From Candidatus Krumholzibacteriia bacterium (GTDB taxonomy: Bacteria; Krumholzibacteriota; Krumholzibacteriia; WVZY01): a DNA stretch of 64,000 bases. The notes under the pieces are model-generated. The model saw only the letters and a list, made by a program, of their open reading frames with translations, was not told where the DNA came from and searched no databases. The translations under genes and the position numbers were made by a program. The stretch's first letter is position 1; every line of letters begins with the position of its first letter. Below are positions 30,444 through 40,121 of the stretch, in pieces. Location: the NCBI GenBank assembly GCA_046754105.1, contig JBHHVD010000002.1, positions 7,551 to 71,550 on the forward strand, read 5' to 3'.

Positions 30444-30845
30444 TCAAGCGGAATCGACCTCTTCCTGCTTCTTCACACCCTTTTCCACCATGCCGCGCAG
30501 CTCTTCCAGTTCGTCCTTGATCGTCGATAAGATCGCCCGCGCGTGCGGGTCGGCAAACGGGATCTGCAGCTGGTCGATCAAGGGGTCGGGGTTGCCGTAG
30601 TGCTCCTGGAGCTTCTTGCGCGCGCCGCTTATGGTGAACTTCTCCCGGTAGAGCAGGTCCTTGATGACCAGAACCGCCTTGATTTCCTTCGGGCGGTAGT
30701 TGCGATTCCCCGCGCGATTCTTCTTCGGGCGCAGACTGGGAAATTCCGTTTCCCAATAGCGCAGCACGTGTGCCTTGACACCGGTCATAGCGGCAACTTC
30801 GCTGATGGAGTAGTACATCTTGGCCGAACCGGTCTTGTACCTCAT
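30444..30845 (-). CDS. MerR-family HTH regulator
   Basis: YYSISEVA, HVLRYWETEF, KNRAGNRNY, FTISGA; usual linkage to tRNA-Pro. Confidence 0.9.
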   Translation of the reverse strand: MRYKTGSAKMYYSISEVAAMTGVKAHVLRYWETEFPSLRPKKNRAGNRNYRPKEIKAVLVIKDLLYREKFTISGARKKLQEHYGNPDPLIDQLQIPFADPHARAILSTIKDELEELRGMVEKGVKKQEEVDSA

Positions 30846-30847
30846 AC

Positions 30848-31882
30848 CTACCCCCTTTCTGGATCACCTGTCGCCATCCAACTCATCTCTTTCTGCGGAG
30901 GCCGGTTCATCAGCTCGTTTATGGCCTGCCGCGGATCTTTCCCAGCGTACAGCACCTCATGAATACTCTCGATGATGGGTAGCTCCAGCCCCAGTCTCTC
31001 GCCGACCGAGACGGCGGCCCGCGTGGTGCGCACACCCTCGGCAACCATCACCATCTCCCCGAGAATTTTTTCCAGGGACTCGCCGCGACCGATCTTTTCG
31101 CCGACGTGGCGGTTGCGGCTGTGCTTGCTCAGACAGGTCGCGATCATATCGCCGACACCGGCGAGCCCGAAAAACGTTTCCCGTCGTGCGCCCAGCGCCG
31201 TGCCCAGCCGGCTGATCTCGACCAGGCCGCGCGTCAACAGGGCCGCCTTGGTGTTGTCACCGTAGCCGAGCCCGTCGCAGACCCCCGCCGCGATCGCGAT
31301 AATGTTCTTTAGCGCCACTCCGATCTCGACGCCTGCCAGGTCACCGTTGGTGTACACCCGAAAATAGGGCCCGAAGAACGTCTCCTGCACGGTCTTGACG
31401 ACCGTCTCGTCGACGCCGGCCACCACCACCGACGTCGGCATCTTGCGGCTGACTTCCTCCGCGTGGCTCGGCCCACTTATCGTACAGACCCTACCTGCTT
31501 CTACGGGCAGCTCGTCCAGCAACACTTCGCTCATGCGCTTGAGCGTTTTTTCCTCCAGGCCCTTCGCCGCGTTTACGACGATCGCCCGCGGATCGAGCTT
31601 GCCGCTCGCCGCAACCTCTGATGCCACGGCACGCACGATGTGGCTCGGCACCACGAACAAGACGAGGCTCGCACCTTCGAGGGCTGCACCAAGGCTGGCC
31701 TCGATGGTGACCGTTTCGGGCAGCGGGACGCCGGGCAGGAACTTCTTGTTCTCCCCGTCGCGTTTCATTGCCGAGGCCTGCGCGCGGTCGAACTCCCACA
31801 TCGTCACCCCGTGTCCGTTTTCGTGGAGCAGAATGCCGAGCGTCGTCCCCCAACTTCCCGCCCCAAGAACCGCAATGGTCAT
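30848..31882 (-). CDS. gpsA: NAD(P)H-dependent glycerol-3-phosphate dehydrogenase
   Basis: GAGSWGT, SGPSHAEEV, LKNIIAIAAG, GVGDMIATC..SRN, VAEGV. Confidence 0.97.
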   Translation of the reverse strand: MTIAVLGAGSWGTTLGILLHENGHGVTMWEFDRAQASAMKRDGENKKFLPGVPLPETVTIEASLGAALEGASLVLFVVPSHIVRAVASEVAASGKLDPRAIVVNAAKGLEEKTLKRMSEVLLDELPVEAGRVCTISGPSHAEEVSRKMPTSVVVAGVDETVVKTVQETFFGPYFRVYTNGDLAGVEIGVALKNIIAIAAGVCDGLGYGDNTKAALLTRGLVEISRLGTALGARRETFFGLAGVGDMIATCLSKHSRNRHVGEKIGRGESLEKILGEMVMVAEGVRTTRAAVSVGERLGLELPIIESIHEVLYAGKDPRQAINELMNRPPQKEMSWMATGDPERG

Positions 31883-31897
31883 CGGTATTCCCTTTCC

Positions 31898-32527
31898 CTA
31901 TTTCCTTTGGCGTTGCAGCGCCGGTTCCTGACCCGCCACGAGACGACGGATGTTGCTGCGGTGCTTTGTCAGCACCACGGCCGTGATGGCGGCCGCCAAC
32001 GCGAGCAGCGACCAGTGATACGATGCAAAACCAAACCAGTCGAGAACAAATACCACGACCGGCAGCGCCACCGCTGCGCTCATGCTCGCCACCGAGACGA
32101 TGCGCGTGGCGCCCAGGACGATTGCAAACACCACGAAGGCCCACAGCAATACGAGGGGGGCCAGGGCCATAAAAGCTCCCGCCGTCGTCGCTACGCCCTT
32201 GCCACCCTTGAAACCGACGAAAAGCGAGAACATATGTCCGATCACCGCGGAGAAACCGGCTGCGAGCATCAGCCAGTGTCCGGGGACCTCGCTCGCGGCG
32301 GCGAGGTCCGGCGCAAAATAGGCCGGCGCAAAGCCCTTGGCGACGTCCGCAACCAGTACGAGAATCGCGACCCACGGCCCCAGGTAGCGAAACGAGTTGG
32401 ACGCTCCGAGGTTACCACTGCCGTGTTCCCTCAGATCGATGCCGGCGAATGCCTTTCCCGCCATATAACTGAAAGGCACGGCACCGGCGATGTAGCCGAC
32501 CGCAATTACAATGAGCAAACCCATCAT
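31898..32527 (-). CDS. plsY: Acyl-phosphate:glycerol-3-phosphate acyltransferase
   Basis: GSGNLGASN, DVAKG, FKGGKGVAT, HRSNIRRL. Confidence 0.96.
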   Translation of the reverse strand: MMGLLIVIAVGYIAGAVPFSYMAGKAFAGIDLREHGSGNLGASNSFRYLGPWVAILVLVADVAKGFAPAYFAPDLAAASEVPGHWLMLAAGFSAVIGHMFSLFVGFKGGKGVATTAGAFMALAPLVLLWAFVVFAIVLGATRIVSVASMSAAVALPVVVFVLDWFGFASYHWSLLALAAAITAVVLTKHRSNIRRLVAGQEPALQRQRK

Positions 32528-32541
32528 GAGCGGTCCCGTTT

Positions 32542-33852
32542 CTATTGCTTGTCCACCAGTTTTATGCGAATCACCGTGCCCTCGAACGAATAACGGTCAC
32601 GCAGGCGATTGTTGAGAAACCTCACGTAGGCCCTCCCGAAGTAGGCCCGTTTGTTGACAAAACAACTGAACGTCGGTGGCGAGACATCCACCTGCGTGAC
32701 GTAATAAATCTTGCCGTTTCCACCTCCGTATGACGGCGGCGGGTTTCTCTCGATCACTTCTTCCAGGAAGCGGTTGACTTCGCTCGTCGGGAGCCGGGTT
32801 TCCCGCGCCTCCTTGACCCGCCACACGATTTCCAGGATACGGCTCACCCGCTGGCCGGTCACCGCCGAGGTGAAAAGAACCGGCGCGTACGACGCAAACT
32901 TGAATGCCCGGCGGACCTTCTTCTCGAATTGCGGCACGGTCGAGTTGTCTTTGTCGGCGACGAGGTCCCACTTGTTGACGCAGAATATCAGTCCTTTGCC
33001 GGCACGGTGCGCGTAACTCGTGACCTTCATGTCCTGATTGGCGATGTCCCGCGACGCGTCGACGACCATGACCACGACGTCCGCCCGTGAAATGGCATCG
33101 ATGCTCTTTAACGCCGAGAGCGACGTGAGACCGTCTTTGCTGCGCGACTGGCGCCGGATCCCCGCCGTGTCCACCAGTGTCACCTGCTTCGAGAACCAGC
33201 GCATCGTAACGTCCACGCTGTCCCTTGTCGTGCCCGGCCGCGAATCGACGATCGTGGTCTCCTTGCCGAGCATTGCATTGATCAGGCTCGACTTGCCCAC
33301 GTTGGGCCGCCCAACGATCGCCAACTTCACGTCCTCATGATTCGAGCTCGGTCCTCGCCGGGGCAGCTCCGCGACGACCTCGTCCAGCAGATCGCCCACT
33401 CCCTGTCCGTGAAGCGCGCTGATCGCGTGAATCCGCTCGAAGCCCAATTCAAAGAACTCGGCCTCCGAATGGCGATTCTTCTCGGACTTGTTCACCACCA
33501 GAAACACCGGCGCCTCGATTTCGCGCAGGCGATTGGCCACGTCGATATCGGGCCCGGTGATCCCCGTCTCGGCGTCGGTGACGAATATCATGACATCGGA
33601 GCCCAAGGCTTCCTGCCAGGCCCTCTTTTCCACTTCGTGGACTAACTCATCGGCGATCCCGGAGAAGAGTCCGCCGGTGTCGATCAACTCGAACGCCACA
33701 CCCGTCCACTCGGTCTCGATACGCTGCACGTCCCGCGTCACCCCGGGCGTCGGATGAACCAGCGCCCGCCGTTTGCGGGTAATACGGTTGAACAGAGTCG
33801 ACTTTCCCACGTTGGGTCTGCCGACGATTGCCACCCGCGAAGGCCGTTTCAT
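32542..33852 (-). CDS. der: Ribosome biogenesis GTPase Der
   Basis: Two GRPNVGKS P-loops, DTGG/DTAG, NKWD, KH-like C-terminus. Confidence 0.97.
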   Translation of the reverse strand: MKRPSRVAIVGRPNVGKSTLFNRITRKRRALVHPTPGVTRDVQRIETEWTGVAFELIDTGGLFSGIADELVHEVEKRAWQEALGSDVMIFVTDAETGITGPDIDVANRLREIEAPVFLVVNKSEKNRHSEAEFFELGFERIHAISALHGQGVGDLLDEVVAELPRRGPSSNHEDVKLAIVGRPNVGKSSLINAMLGKETTIVDSRPGTTRDSVDVTMRWFSKQVTLVDTAGIRRQSRSKDGLTSLSALKSIDAISRADVVVMVVDASRDIANQDMKVTSYAHRAGKGLIFCVNKWDLVADKDNSTVPQFEKKVRRAFKFASYAPVLFTSAVTGQRVSRILEIVWRVKEARETRLPTSEVNRFLEEVIERNPPPSYGGGNGKIYYVTQVDVSPPTFSCFVNKRAYFGRAYVRFLNNRLRDRYSFEGTVIRIKLVDKQ

Positions 33853-33872
33853 TCCCGCCCCACCTGCTCCGA

Positions 33873-34643
33873 TCAATTGCGCGAGGGGTCAGAAGCCGAC
33901 GCAACGGCCTGCAGCACGCGAACCACGTCGTTGCCGGCGACCGGCCGGTCACCGGCCGCGGGATCCGGCCCGCCCGTCGTGGTTACGGCACTTCTAACTC
34001 CTTGTGGATACAACAGTTGCTCGAACACTGCCCGCCTGACGCCGACGCGCAGAGCCAGGCGTCGCAACACGAAATAGAAAGCGGCACGGGTGACCACGCG
34101 CTCGGAATGAAAACCACCGTCGGCGAGGCGCGCCATCACGCCCGAGGCCAGCGCGCTGCGGATGGGGACGGCAAGCGGCGGCTGCCCCTGCACGCGCTCT
34201 CTCGAGCGCGGGTCTGGTGGAAGCTTCTCACCGAAAAAGGAGTGAATCAACGATGCAAGGTCCCCCCTCGACACGGTGGATTGCGCGCGGACGGTCCGGG
34301 GGGAGACGCCGGCGTGTTGCGCCGCCGCGGCGAGATACTCGTCGAATCGAAGGCCGCCGCCCAGGCGCTTGCCCGCGGCGAACGCTTCCAGGGCACGCGG
34401 GTAATCCGAAACTGCCATATACGTTCGCCCCAGGTAGAGATAAGCGGTCCGGCGCTCTTCGTCGTTATCCAGGCTGGAGGTCAAACGGCTCAGGACGCGC
34501 TCCGCGTCCACGTAATCACCTTCGATATAGAGGGCGATGGCACCATCCACTGCCCTACCGCCCTTGTGCGAGCGGGCGCAGCCCGTCACGGCGAGCGCGA
34601 CCGCAACGCTGACGTATAACGGTTTTTCGAAACAGCCAATCAA
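33873..34643 (-). CDS. Lipoprotein with TPR and SLH-like motifs
   Basis: LAVTGC lipobox, AYLYLGRTY TPR, GVM...DGGFHSERVVTRAAF SLH-like; start (TTG 34643) uncertain. Confidence 0.6.
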   Translation of the reverse strand: MIGCFEKPLYVSVAVALAVTGCARSHKGGRAVDGAIALYIEGDYVDAERVLSRLTSSLDNDEERRTAYLYLGRTYMAVSDYPRALEAFAAGKRLGGGLRFDEYLAAAAQHAGVSPRTVRAQSTVSRGDLASLIHSFFGEKLPPDPRSRERVQGQPPLAVPIRSALASGVMARLADGGFHSERVVTRAAFYFVLRRLALRVGVRRAVFEQLLYPQGVRSAVTTTGGPDPAAGDRPVAGNDVVRVLQAVASASDPSRN

Positions 34644-34660
34644 CGATATCGTCTCATTTT

Positions 34661-34736
34661 TGGAGCGGGCAACGGGACTCGAACCCGCGACCCTCAGCTT
34701 GGGAAGCTGATACTCTACCAACTGAGTTATGCCCGC
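34661..34736 (-). tRNA. tRNA-Gly(CCC)
   Basis: GCGGGCA acceptor, anticodon arm TCAGC-TTCCCAA-GCTGA, TTCGAGT, CCA. Confidence 0.97.
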
Positions 34737-34772
34737 CCGGTTAACGAGTGTTTTTTTATCATCTTAGCTTAC

Positions 34773-35711
34773 TTATGTCAAGTGAGATTTAAAGTCGTCA
34801 TTCCCTCGAATCAACCCGGCGATCACCGACACGGGTTCCGTTGCCGTGACATCTACCCAATGCGCGCCGCCGACGCTGCGAAAAAACGTTTCCTGTCGCT
34901 TGGCGTACTGCTGCGTCTGGGTTATCACCTCATCCACGCATGCGTCCGGCGCACCACCTGCGATGATGGCGCGGGCAATCACGGCGTACCCGAGGCTGCC
35001 CATGGCGGGTGCGTCGGGCCGAACCCCCGAGGCAAGGAGTCCCCGCACCTCCTCCACCCATCCGGACTCGAACATCTCGCGCGTGCGGTCCGCGATGCGG
35101 CGGCGAAGCCTCGCCCGCGGCAGCGTCAGGACGATTCGCAGTCCGCACCACGGGTGTCTGCGTTTCTGCTCCTTGATCAGGCGGCTGTGCGGTTTGCCCG
35201 TGTAGTCGTGGATTTCCAGGGCGCGCATGATGCGTACGCGATCGTTGCGAGAGAGCTCGCCCGCGCGTTCCGGATCGCGACGGAGCAGTTCCGCGTAGAG
35301 CGCCCCGGTCGCCCAATCGCCGAGCCGCCCGCGAATGGCTTCGAGGTCCGCTTCCGGTATGCGGACGTGAATGAGTCCTTCGAAGAGCACCCGGAAATAG
35401 AAGCCGGTGCCCCCGACAAAGAAAGGAATCCCTCCAGCAGCCGCGATTCCCTCCGCCACGTCCAGCGCGCGCGCCACATGCCGCCCCGCGTTGTTCGCCT
35501 CGTCGGGGTCCAGAACGTCTATTAAGTGGTGGGCGACGCGGTCGCGGTCCGCCTCGGCGACCTTCGCCGTACCGATGTCGAGACCACGGTAGACCTGGCG
35601 CGAGTCCATGGAGATGATCTCGCCGCCAAACGACCGTGCCAGTTCGATCGCCACGCGCGACTTGCCGCTGGCCGTCGCTCCCATGATTGCGACGCCGGGG
35701 TACGAGGTCAT
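34773..35711 (-). CDS. miaA: tRNA dimethylallyltransferase
   Basis: GATASGKS, DSRQVYRGLDIGTAK, VGGTGFY, YAKRQ; follows mutL. Confidence 0.96.
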   Translation of the reverse strand: MTSYPGVAIMGATASGKSRVAIELARSFGGEIISMDSRQVYRGLDIGTAKVAEADRDRVAHHLIDVLDPDEANNAGRHVARALDVAEGIAAAGGIPFFVGGTGFYFRVLFEGLIHVRIPEADLEAIRGRLGDWATGALYAELLRRDPERAGELSRNDRVRIMRALEIHDYTGKPHSRLIKEQKRRHPWCGLRIVLTLPRARLRRRIADRTREMFESGWVEEVRGLLASGVRPDAPAMGSLGYAVIARAIIAGGAPDACVDEVITQTQQYAKRQETFFRSVGGAHWVDVTATEPVSVIAGLIRGNDDFKSHLT

Positions 35712-37564
35712 TATCGTCTCAAGAACCAGCCCTCGATCTCTTCTATCGATATTCTCTGGATGGTTGGGCGCCCGTGGGGGCAGGAGTACGGATTGGCAAC
35801 GGCGAAGAGCTGGTCGGCCAGCATCTTCATCTCTTCGGTGGCCAGCTGCTGTCCGGCTTTGACCGCGCTGCGGCACGCGAAACTTGCAATGATCCGATCC
35901 GCGTGCGAGTTCCCCGGGACGCGGTCCTCGGCGATGTCGTCAAAGATCTGCAGCAGGAGCTTGCCCTCCTCCCAGTTCTTCAACCCCTGGGGAGTGCCTC
36001 GAACGAGAATACTCTTACCACCGAAGGGCTCCAGGTGAAACCCGAGCTTGCGGAATACCTCACCCGAAGATCGAAACACCTCGAGCTCACCGATGGACAG
36101 TTCCAGGTGTATCGGGAACAACATCTGTTGTGACAGGGGAATCTCGCTTTCGAAACGGTTCTTGCTCGTGTCAAAAATGATGCGTTCGTGTGCGGCGTGC
36201 TGGTCGATGACCACGATACCGCCGCGTACCTGGATGAATATGTACGCGTTGTTGAACTGCCAGAAGAGCGCGTCGTCTCCGCCCACTTCTTCCTTCAGCT
36301 CCTCGACGGCCGCCGGCTCCGGCGGGGCTTTTCGAGCGACGTTCTTCAAAGACAGTTGCGGATTGAATGCCTTGCGCGAGGCACTGCCCTCCATGTATGA
36401 GGCGTAGGCGTCCTTGATTCGAGAGCGATACCGGTCAGCCGGCACGCCAGGCGCCATCGCACCCTTTCTCTCACCGGACTCCGTCCCGGTGGACGCAAGA
36501 CCTGCCGGGCCGAACGGGGATGGGGCCGGCGTCACCGGCGGAGTGCCGATCCGGTCGTAGCGCACGCGCAGCGTCGATTCGGAATGGGCCGACAACGCCT
36601 GTTTGAGCGCCCGCTGCACCAGCTCAAAGACGCCGCGCTCGTTTCGAAGCCGAACCTCCAGCTTGTTCGGATGGACGTTCACATCCACTTGCTCGCACGG
36701 CACCTCGAGAGAGAGCACGATGACGGGAAAGCGTTTGTACGGGATCACGCTGCGGTAGGCCAACTGCACCGCCTGCTGGATGGTTTTTTCACGCACGAGC
36801 CGGCGGTTGACGTAGATGAACTGCTGGTTGCGATTGGCGCGAGTGTGTGCCGGTAGACTGGTGAATCCCTTCAAACGCAGCGGATCGACACCGGCGTCCA
36901 GATCCACGATGTGTTTCATCACGTCACCGCTGAGAATGGCGGCTACGCGGTCACGCCACGACGGCGCCGGAATCAGATCCAGTTCGCTCCGCCCGTCGAC
37001 GGCATAATGAAACTCCAGGTCCGGGAAAATGAGGGCGAAAGCGAGCACCGTCTCAAGCATTCTGCGCCGTTCGGTCGTGCCCGATTTCAGAAACTTCCTG
37101 CGTGCCGGTGTGTTGAAGAACAGTTCCCGCACCCGAACCGTGGTGCCGCGCTCGCGCGGCGCCGGCGAGCCCGACACTTCGCCGCCGCAGGCGAAACGCC
37201 ACCCCTCCCCACCCGCGGTGTCCGCGGAGACAATCTCGAAACGGGACACCGCCGAGATACTCGCCAGTGCCTCTCCCCGGAAACCGAACGTCGCGATGCG
37301 GTCGAGGTCCCCCGAGTGCGCGATCTTGCTCGTCGAGAAACTACGCGCCGCGAGCTCCACGTCATCCGCCGCCATGCCGTGCCCGTCGTCTCTGACCTCG
37401 ATCAAGCCGACACCGGCCCCCTCGACGCGGATCGATATCACGCCCGCGCCCGAATCGATCGCGTTCTCGATCAGTTCCTTGACAACGGACGCCGGCCGTT
37501 CCACGACCTCTCCCGCGGCGATCTGCCGCGCCACATCTTCTGGCAGGACCTTGATTTTCGCCAT
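35711..37564 (-). CDS. mutL: DNA mismatch repair endonuclease MutL
   Basis: IAAGEVVERPASVVKELIEN, GFRGEAL, DVNVHP, DQHAAHER, CPHGRP. Confidence 0.98.
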   Translation of the reverse strand: MAKIKVLPEDVARQIAAGEVVERPASVVKELIENAIDSGAGVISIRVEGAGVGLIEVRDDGHGMAADDVELAARSFSTSKIAHSGDLDRIATFGFRGEALASISAVSRFEIVSADTAGGEGWRFACGGEVSGSPAPRERGTTVRVRELFFNTPARRKFLKSGTTERRRMLETVLAFALIFPDLEFHYAVDGRSELDLIPAPSWRDRVAAILSGDVMKHIVDLDAGVDPLRLKGFTSLPAHTRANRNQQFIYVNRRLVREKTIQQAVQLAYRSVIPYKRFPVIVLSLEVPCEQVDVNVHPNKLEVRLRNERGVFELVQRALKQALSAHSESTLRVRYDRIGTPPVTPAPSPFGPAGLASTGTESGERKGAMAPGVPADRYRSRIKDAYASYMEGSASRKAFNPQLSLKNVARKAPPEPAAVEELKEEVGGDDALFWQFNNAYIFIQVRGGIVVIDQHAAHERIIFDTSKNRFESEIPLSQQMLFPIHLELSIGELEVFRSSGEVFRKLGFHLEPFGGKSILVRGTPQGLKNWEEGKLLLQIFDDIAEDRVPGNSHADRIIASFACRSAVKAGQQLATEEMKMLADQLFAVANPYSCPHGRPTIQRISIEEIEGWFLRR

Positions 37565-37675
37565 TCTTCTCCCCTTCTTCCTCAAGAACCGGGGACAACA
37601 TAGCACGGACCCGAAGCCGCTGGCAATCAAAGCATGCCCCGCGGGGCGCCTGGCAACGCTGTTTTCTGTTGAAAA

Positions 37676-39976
37676 CTATTCCTGGCTGGGAACCTGCAGG
37701 TCCTTCTCCGCCTCGGCCAAAAGCTCGGCGGCCGTGCGGGAGGCTCCCGGGTAGACGGCGGAGCCGACGAGGATGTCGTTCTTGCCAACCTTGAGGTCCT
37801 CGACACCGGAGAGGTCCTTCATGAGGTAGAGCACAACCCGAGACAAGAGAAACCGGATGCGGCGCCCGCCCTCCAGGGACAGCATGGCGTACGTCGCTCG
37901 ATCTACCCACGCCCCATAGTCCGTCTCTCGGGTGCGCGTGCGAATGCCCTGGGTGATCTCGTCGACCAGCCCGAAAGCTGCTTTGTAATCGTCATCGAAC
38001 AACTCATCCAGTGGGTTGATTCGGAAGAGGATCAACGCGAACGAGTGGTGGTAGCGGTCGGATCGGGATATCTCGCTCACGCACACCTTCTGGAACCGTG
38101 TCAGATTGCTCTCCAGCACCGTCTCGTAGGCGTCGGGCTCGGCGTCGGCGGCACCCGGCGACGTTTGCTGGATGGTGTCGAGTACCGGCAAAATCAGACG
38201 GGCGAGGTTTTCGAGGATATTGCGATCGAGGTCGGAGAAAACGACGTCCTCCATGGGGTCGCCGGGCTGCTTGCCGTACGCGATGATTCCCCCGTGAAAC
38301 GCCTCCTTGCCCGCGATCGGCGAGGCCAGCAGCGACGCGCACCCGCCGCCATCCTCGCGCACCTCGGCGTCGAAGTCCAGGAGGGCCAGTGTGAAGGCCT
38401 TGCCGGTTTCTACGAGACGCTCGAACCGTTTGCTGTCCTCATCGGCCCAGGCGGCATCCGGCTCACCGGGCGGCTCCAGGAGGCTCACGTGGTAGGCAAG
38501 GTCGTCCGCGGACGGTCGCAGCCTCACCGAAACCTGCCGGCATTCGAGCACGTCGGCCACGACACGCCCGAGCACATCGGCCAGTTCGTCGACCGTCCGG
38601 CACCCGAGGAGGGTCGCCGCCGCGTCGGACACTTTGGAGAAGGCGTCCAGCTCCCTTTTCAGTTTGCGTTCGCGCATTTCGGAGAACATAAATCGCGCGA
38701 GCTCGAGCTCGATCGCCTCGCGAATGATGAGAAACTCATCGAGGCGGTAGCGTTCCTTGAATTCGAGGACGAGAACCCCGCCGCTGTCGTCCACGCCGAG
38801 ATGGCAGTACACGCTAGAGGACAGCGCCTCGAGGGCGTCCGCCGTCGGATCGGCGCTTTCCGTGAGAACGATACACCGTCGTTCCAGGAAGGCGCGGCTC
38901 AATGTGCCTTTTTGAAACCGCAGCCTCTCGCTTCGTGGCGTAAGCAGCCGGTTGGACCCACCGAGGATGAACCAGTCACCCTCCGCTGTGTGCATGAACA
39001 CCTCGACGGTTTCGGCGCCCAGCAGCTCGGAGAGATACCGGCACACGATCGAGAACTTCTCCACCGTCGAAACCGGTTTTACCGCGACTTCGCCCATTGT
39101 AGAACGAATCTTGGCCTCCCGGTGCCGCATTTGCGTTTCCTGGAGCTTCAGCGATTCGAATAAGACCCTCGACAGGCGCCGTGACAGTTCCTTCAAACGC
39201 GTCAGGTCGTGCTCGTCGTGCACGTGTCCCTTTTTGCCCGACGACACGTTGACCACGCCAAGCAGGCGGCCCTCCCACATCAGCGGCACCGATATGGCGG
39301 ATGCGATGTCGAGACGTTCACGGTCGCGTGCGTACAACGACCTGTCGGATGTCGTGGTCAGAAGCTGGGCCTCCTTGCGAAGGGCAACGGCACCGGCGAC
39401 CCCCTCGCCGAGCTTTTGCCGCGTGTTCTTGACGATGCGCTCGCTGAGGCCCGTGGCGTAGGCGATGTAGAGCTCCTTCGCTTCCGTCGAGTAGAGCATC
39501 ACCGAACCGGCGCTCGAGGACGTCGCGCGCACCGCGACCTCCAGCAGGAACTTGAGGAGCTGCTTGCGGTCGAGTAGCTTTTCAAGCGCCTGCAACGTGT
39601 CCTCAACCGTGTACGGCGTGTCGATGTCTCTCGCCTCCGGCGGGGCCGGGGGCGTGCTGGCGCACAGCGAAGTGGTGGCTGCGCTCGGAGTCAGCACCTT
39701 CGCCCCGCTGCCCGTCAGGGCGGTGAGCTCCTCGCTGAAACGTGCCCGGGGCTCGGAGACCACGACGTGGTCGATCTTGCGAAGGTCCTTCAACTGGTCG
39801 GGTTTGTGGAACCGCGGCAGCCCGAGGATCTCCGCAATCTCCAACCCGACGGCCCCTTCATGGGTATCGTAGACGAAGGCCACCTCGACGTCGGGCTGGC
39901 GATGCAGCTCGCTGAGCACGGCGAGGTCACGCTCTTGCGCGCCGAGGATCCCACATCTTAGTCTCCGCTTGTGCAT
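37676..39976 (-). CDS. Multi-GAF protein with N-terminal Rossmann-like and C-terminal degenerate GGDEF-like domains
   Basis: GEGVAG...ISVPL..LLGVVNV GAF; EISRSDRY..FALI, RETD, VGSAVYPG..ELLAEA GGDEF-fold hallmarks without the GGDEF motif. Confidence 0.7.
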   Translation of the reverse strand: MHKRRLRCGILGAQERDLAVLSELHRQPDVEVAFVYDTHEGAVGLEIAEILGLPRFHKPDQLKDLRKIDHVVVSEPRARFSEELTALTGSGAKVLTPSAATTSLCASTPPAPPEARDIDTPYTVEDTLQALEKLLDRKQLLKFLLEVAVRATSSSAGSVMLYSTEAKELYIAYATGLSERIVKNTRQKLGEGVAGAVALRKEAQLLTTTSDRSLYARDRERLDIASAISVPLMWEGRLLGVVNVSSGKKGHVHDEHDLTRLKELSRRLSRVLFESLKLQETQMRHREAKIRSTMGEVAVKPVSTVEKFSIVCRYLSELLGAETVEVFMHTAEGDWFILGGSNRLLTPRSERLRFQKGTLSRAFLERRCIVLTESADPTADALEALSSSVYCHLGVDDSGGVLVLEFKERYRLDEFLIIREAIELELARFMFSEMRERKLKRELDAFSKVSDAAATLLGCRTVDELADVLGRVVADVLECRQVSVRLRPSADDLAYHVSLLEPPGEPDAAWADEDSKRFERLVETGKAFTLALLDFDAEVREDGGGCASLLASPIAGKEAFHGGIIAYGKQPGDPMEDVVFSDLDRNILENLARLILPVLDTIQQTSPGAADAEPDAYETVLESNLTRFQKVCVSEISRSDRYHHSFALILFRINPLDELFDDDYKAAFGLVDEITQGIRTRTRETDYGAWVDRATYAMLSLEGGRRIRFLLSRVVLYLMKDLSGVEDLKVGKNDILVGSAVYPGASRTAAELLAEAEKDLQVPSQE

Positions 39977-40121
39977 AGGGTTACATGATCCTGCTGATGT
40001 AATACTCGAAATACGGCGTTTCCGCCGGGTATACGGACCGCTTCCATTAGATGCAAATCCCAGACCATACGGCGGATTATCGCGAGATCGGGGTGGCGGG
40101 CCGTGCGGCCGGCGTTGCGGA

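Noticed and set aside
34755-34783. TTATGTCAAGT resembling a second XerD arm
   Set aside because: No XerC arm; better explained as the TTGACA -35 box of the tRNA-Gly promoter on the minus strand.
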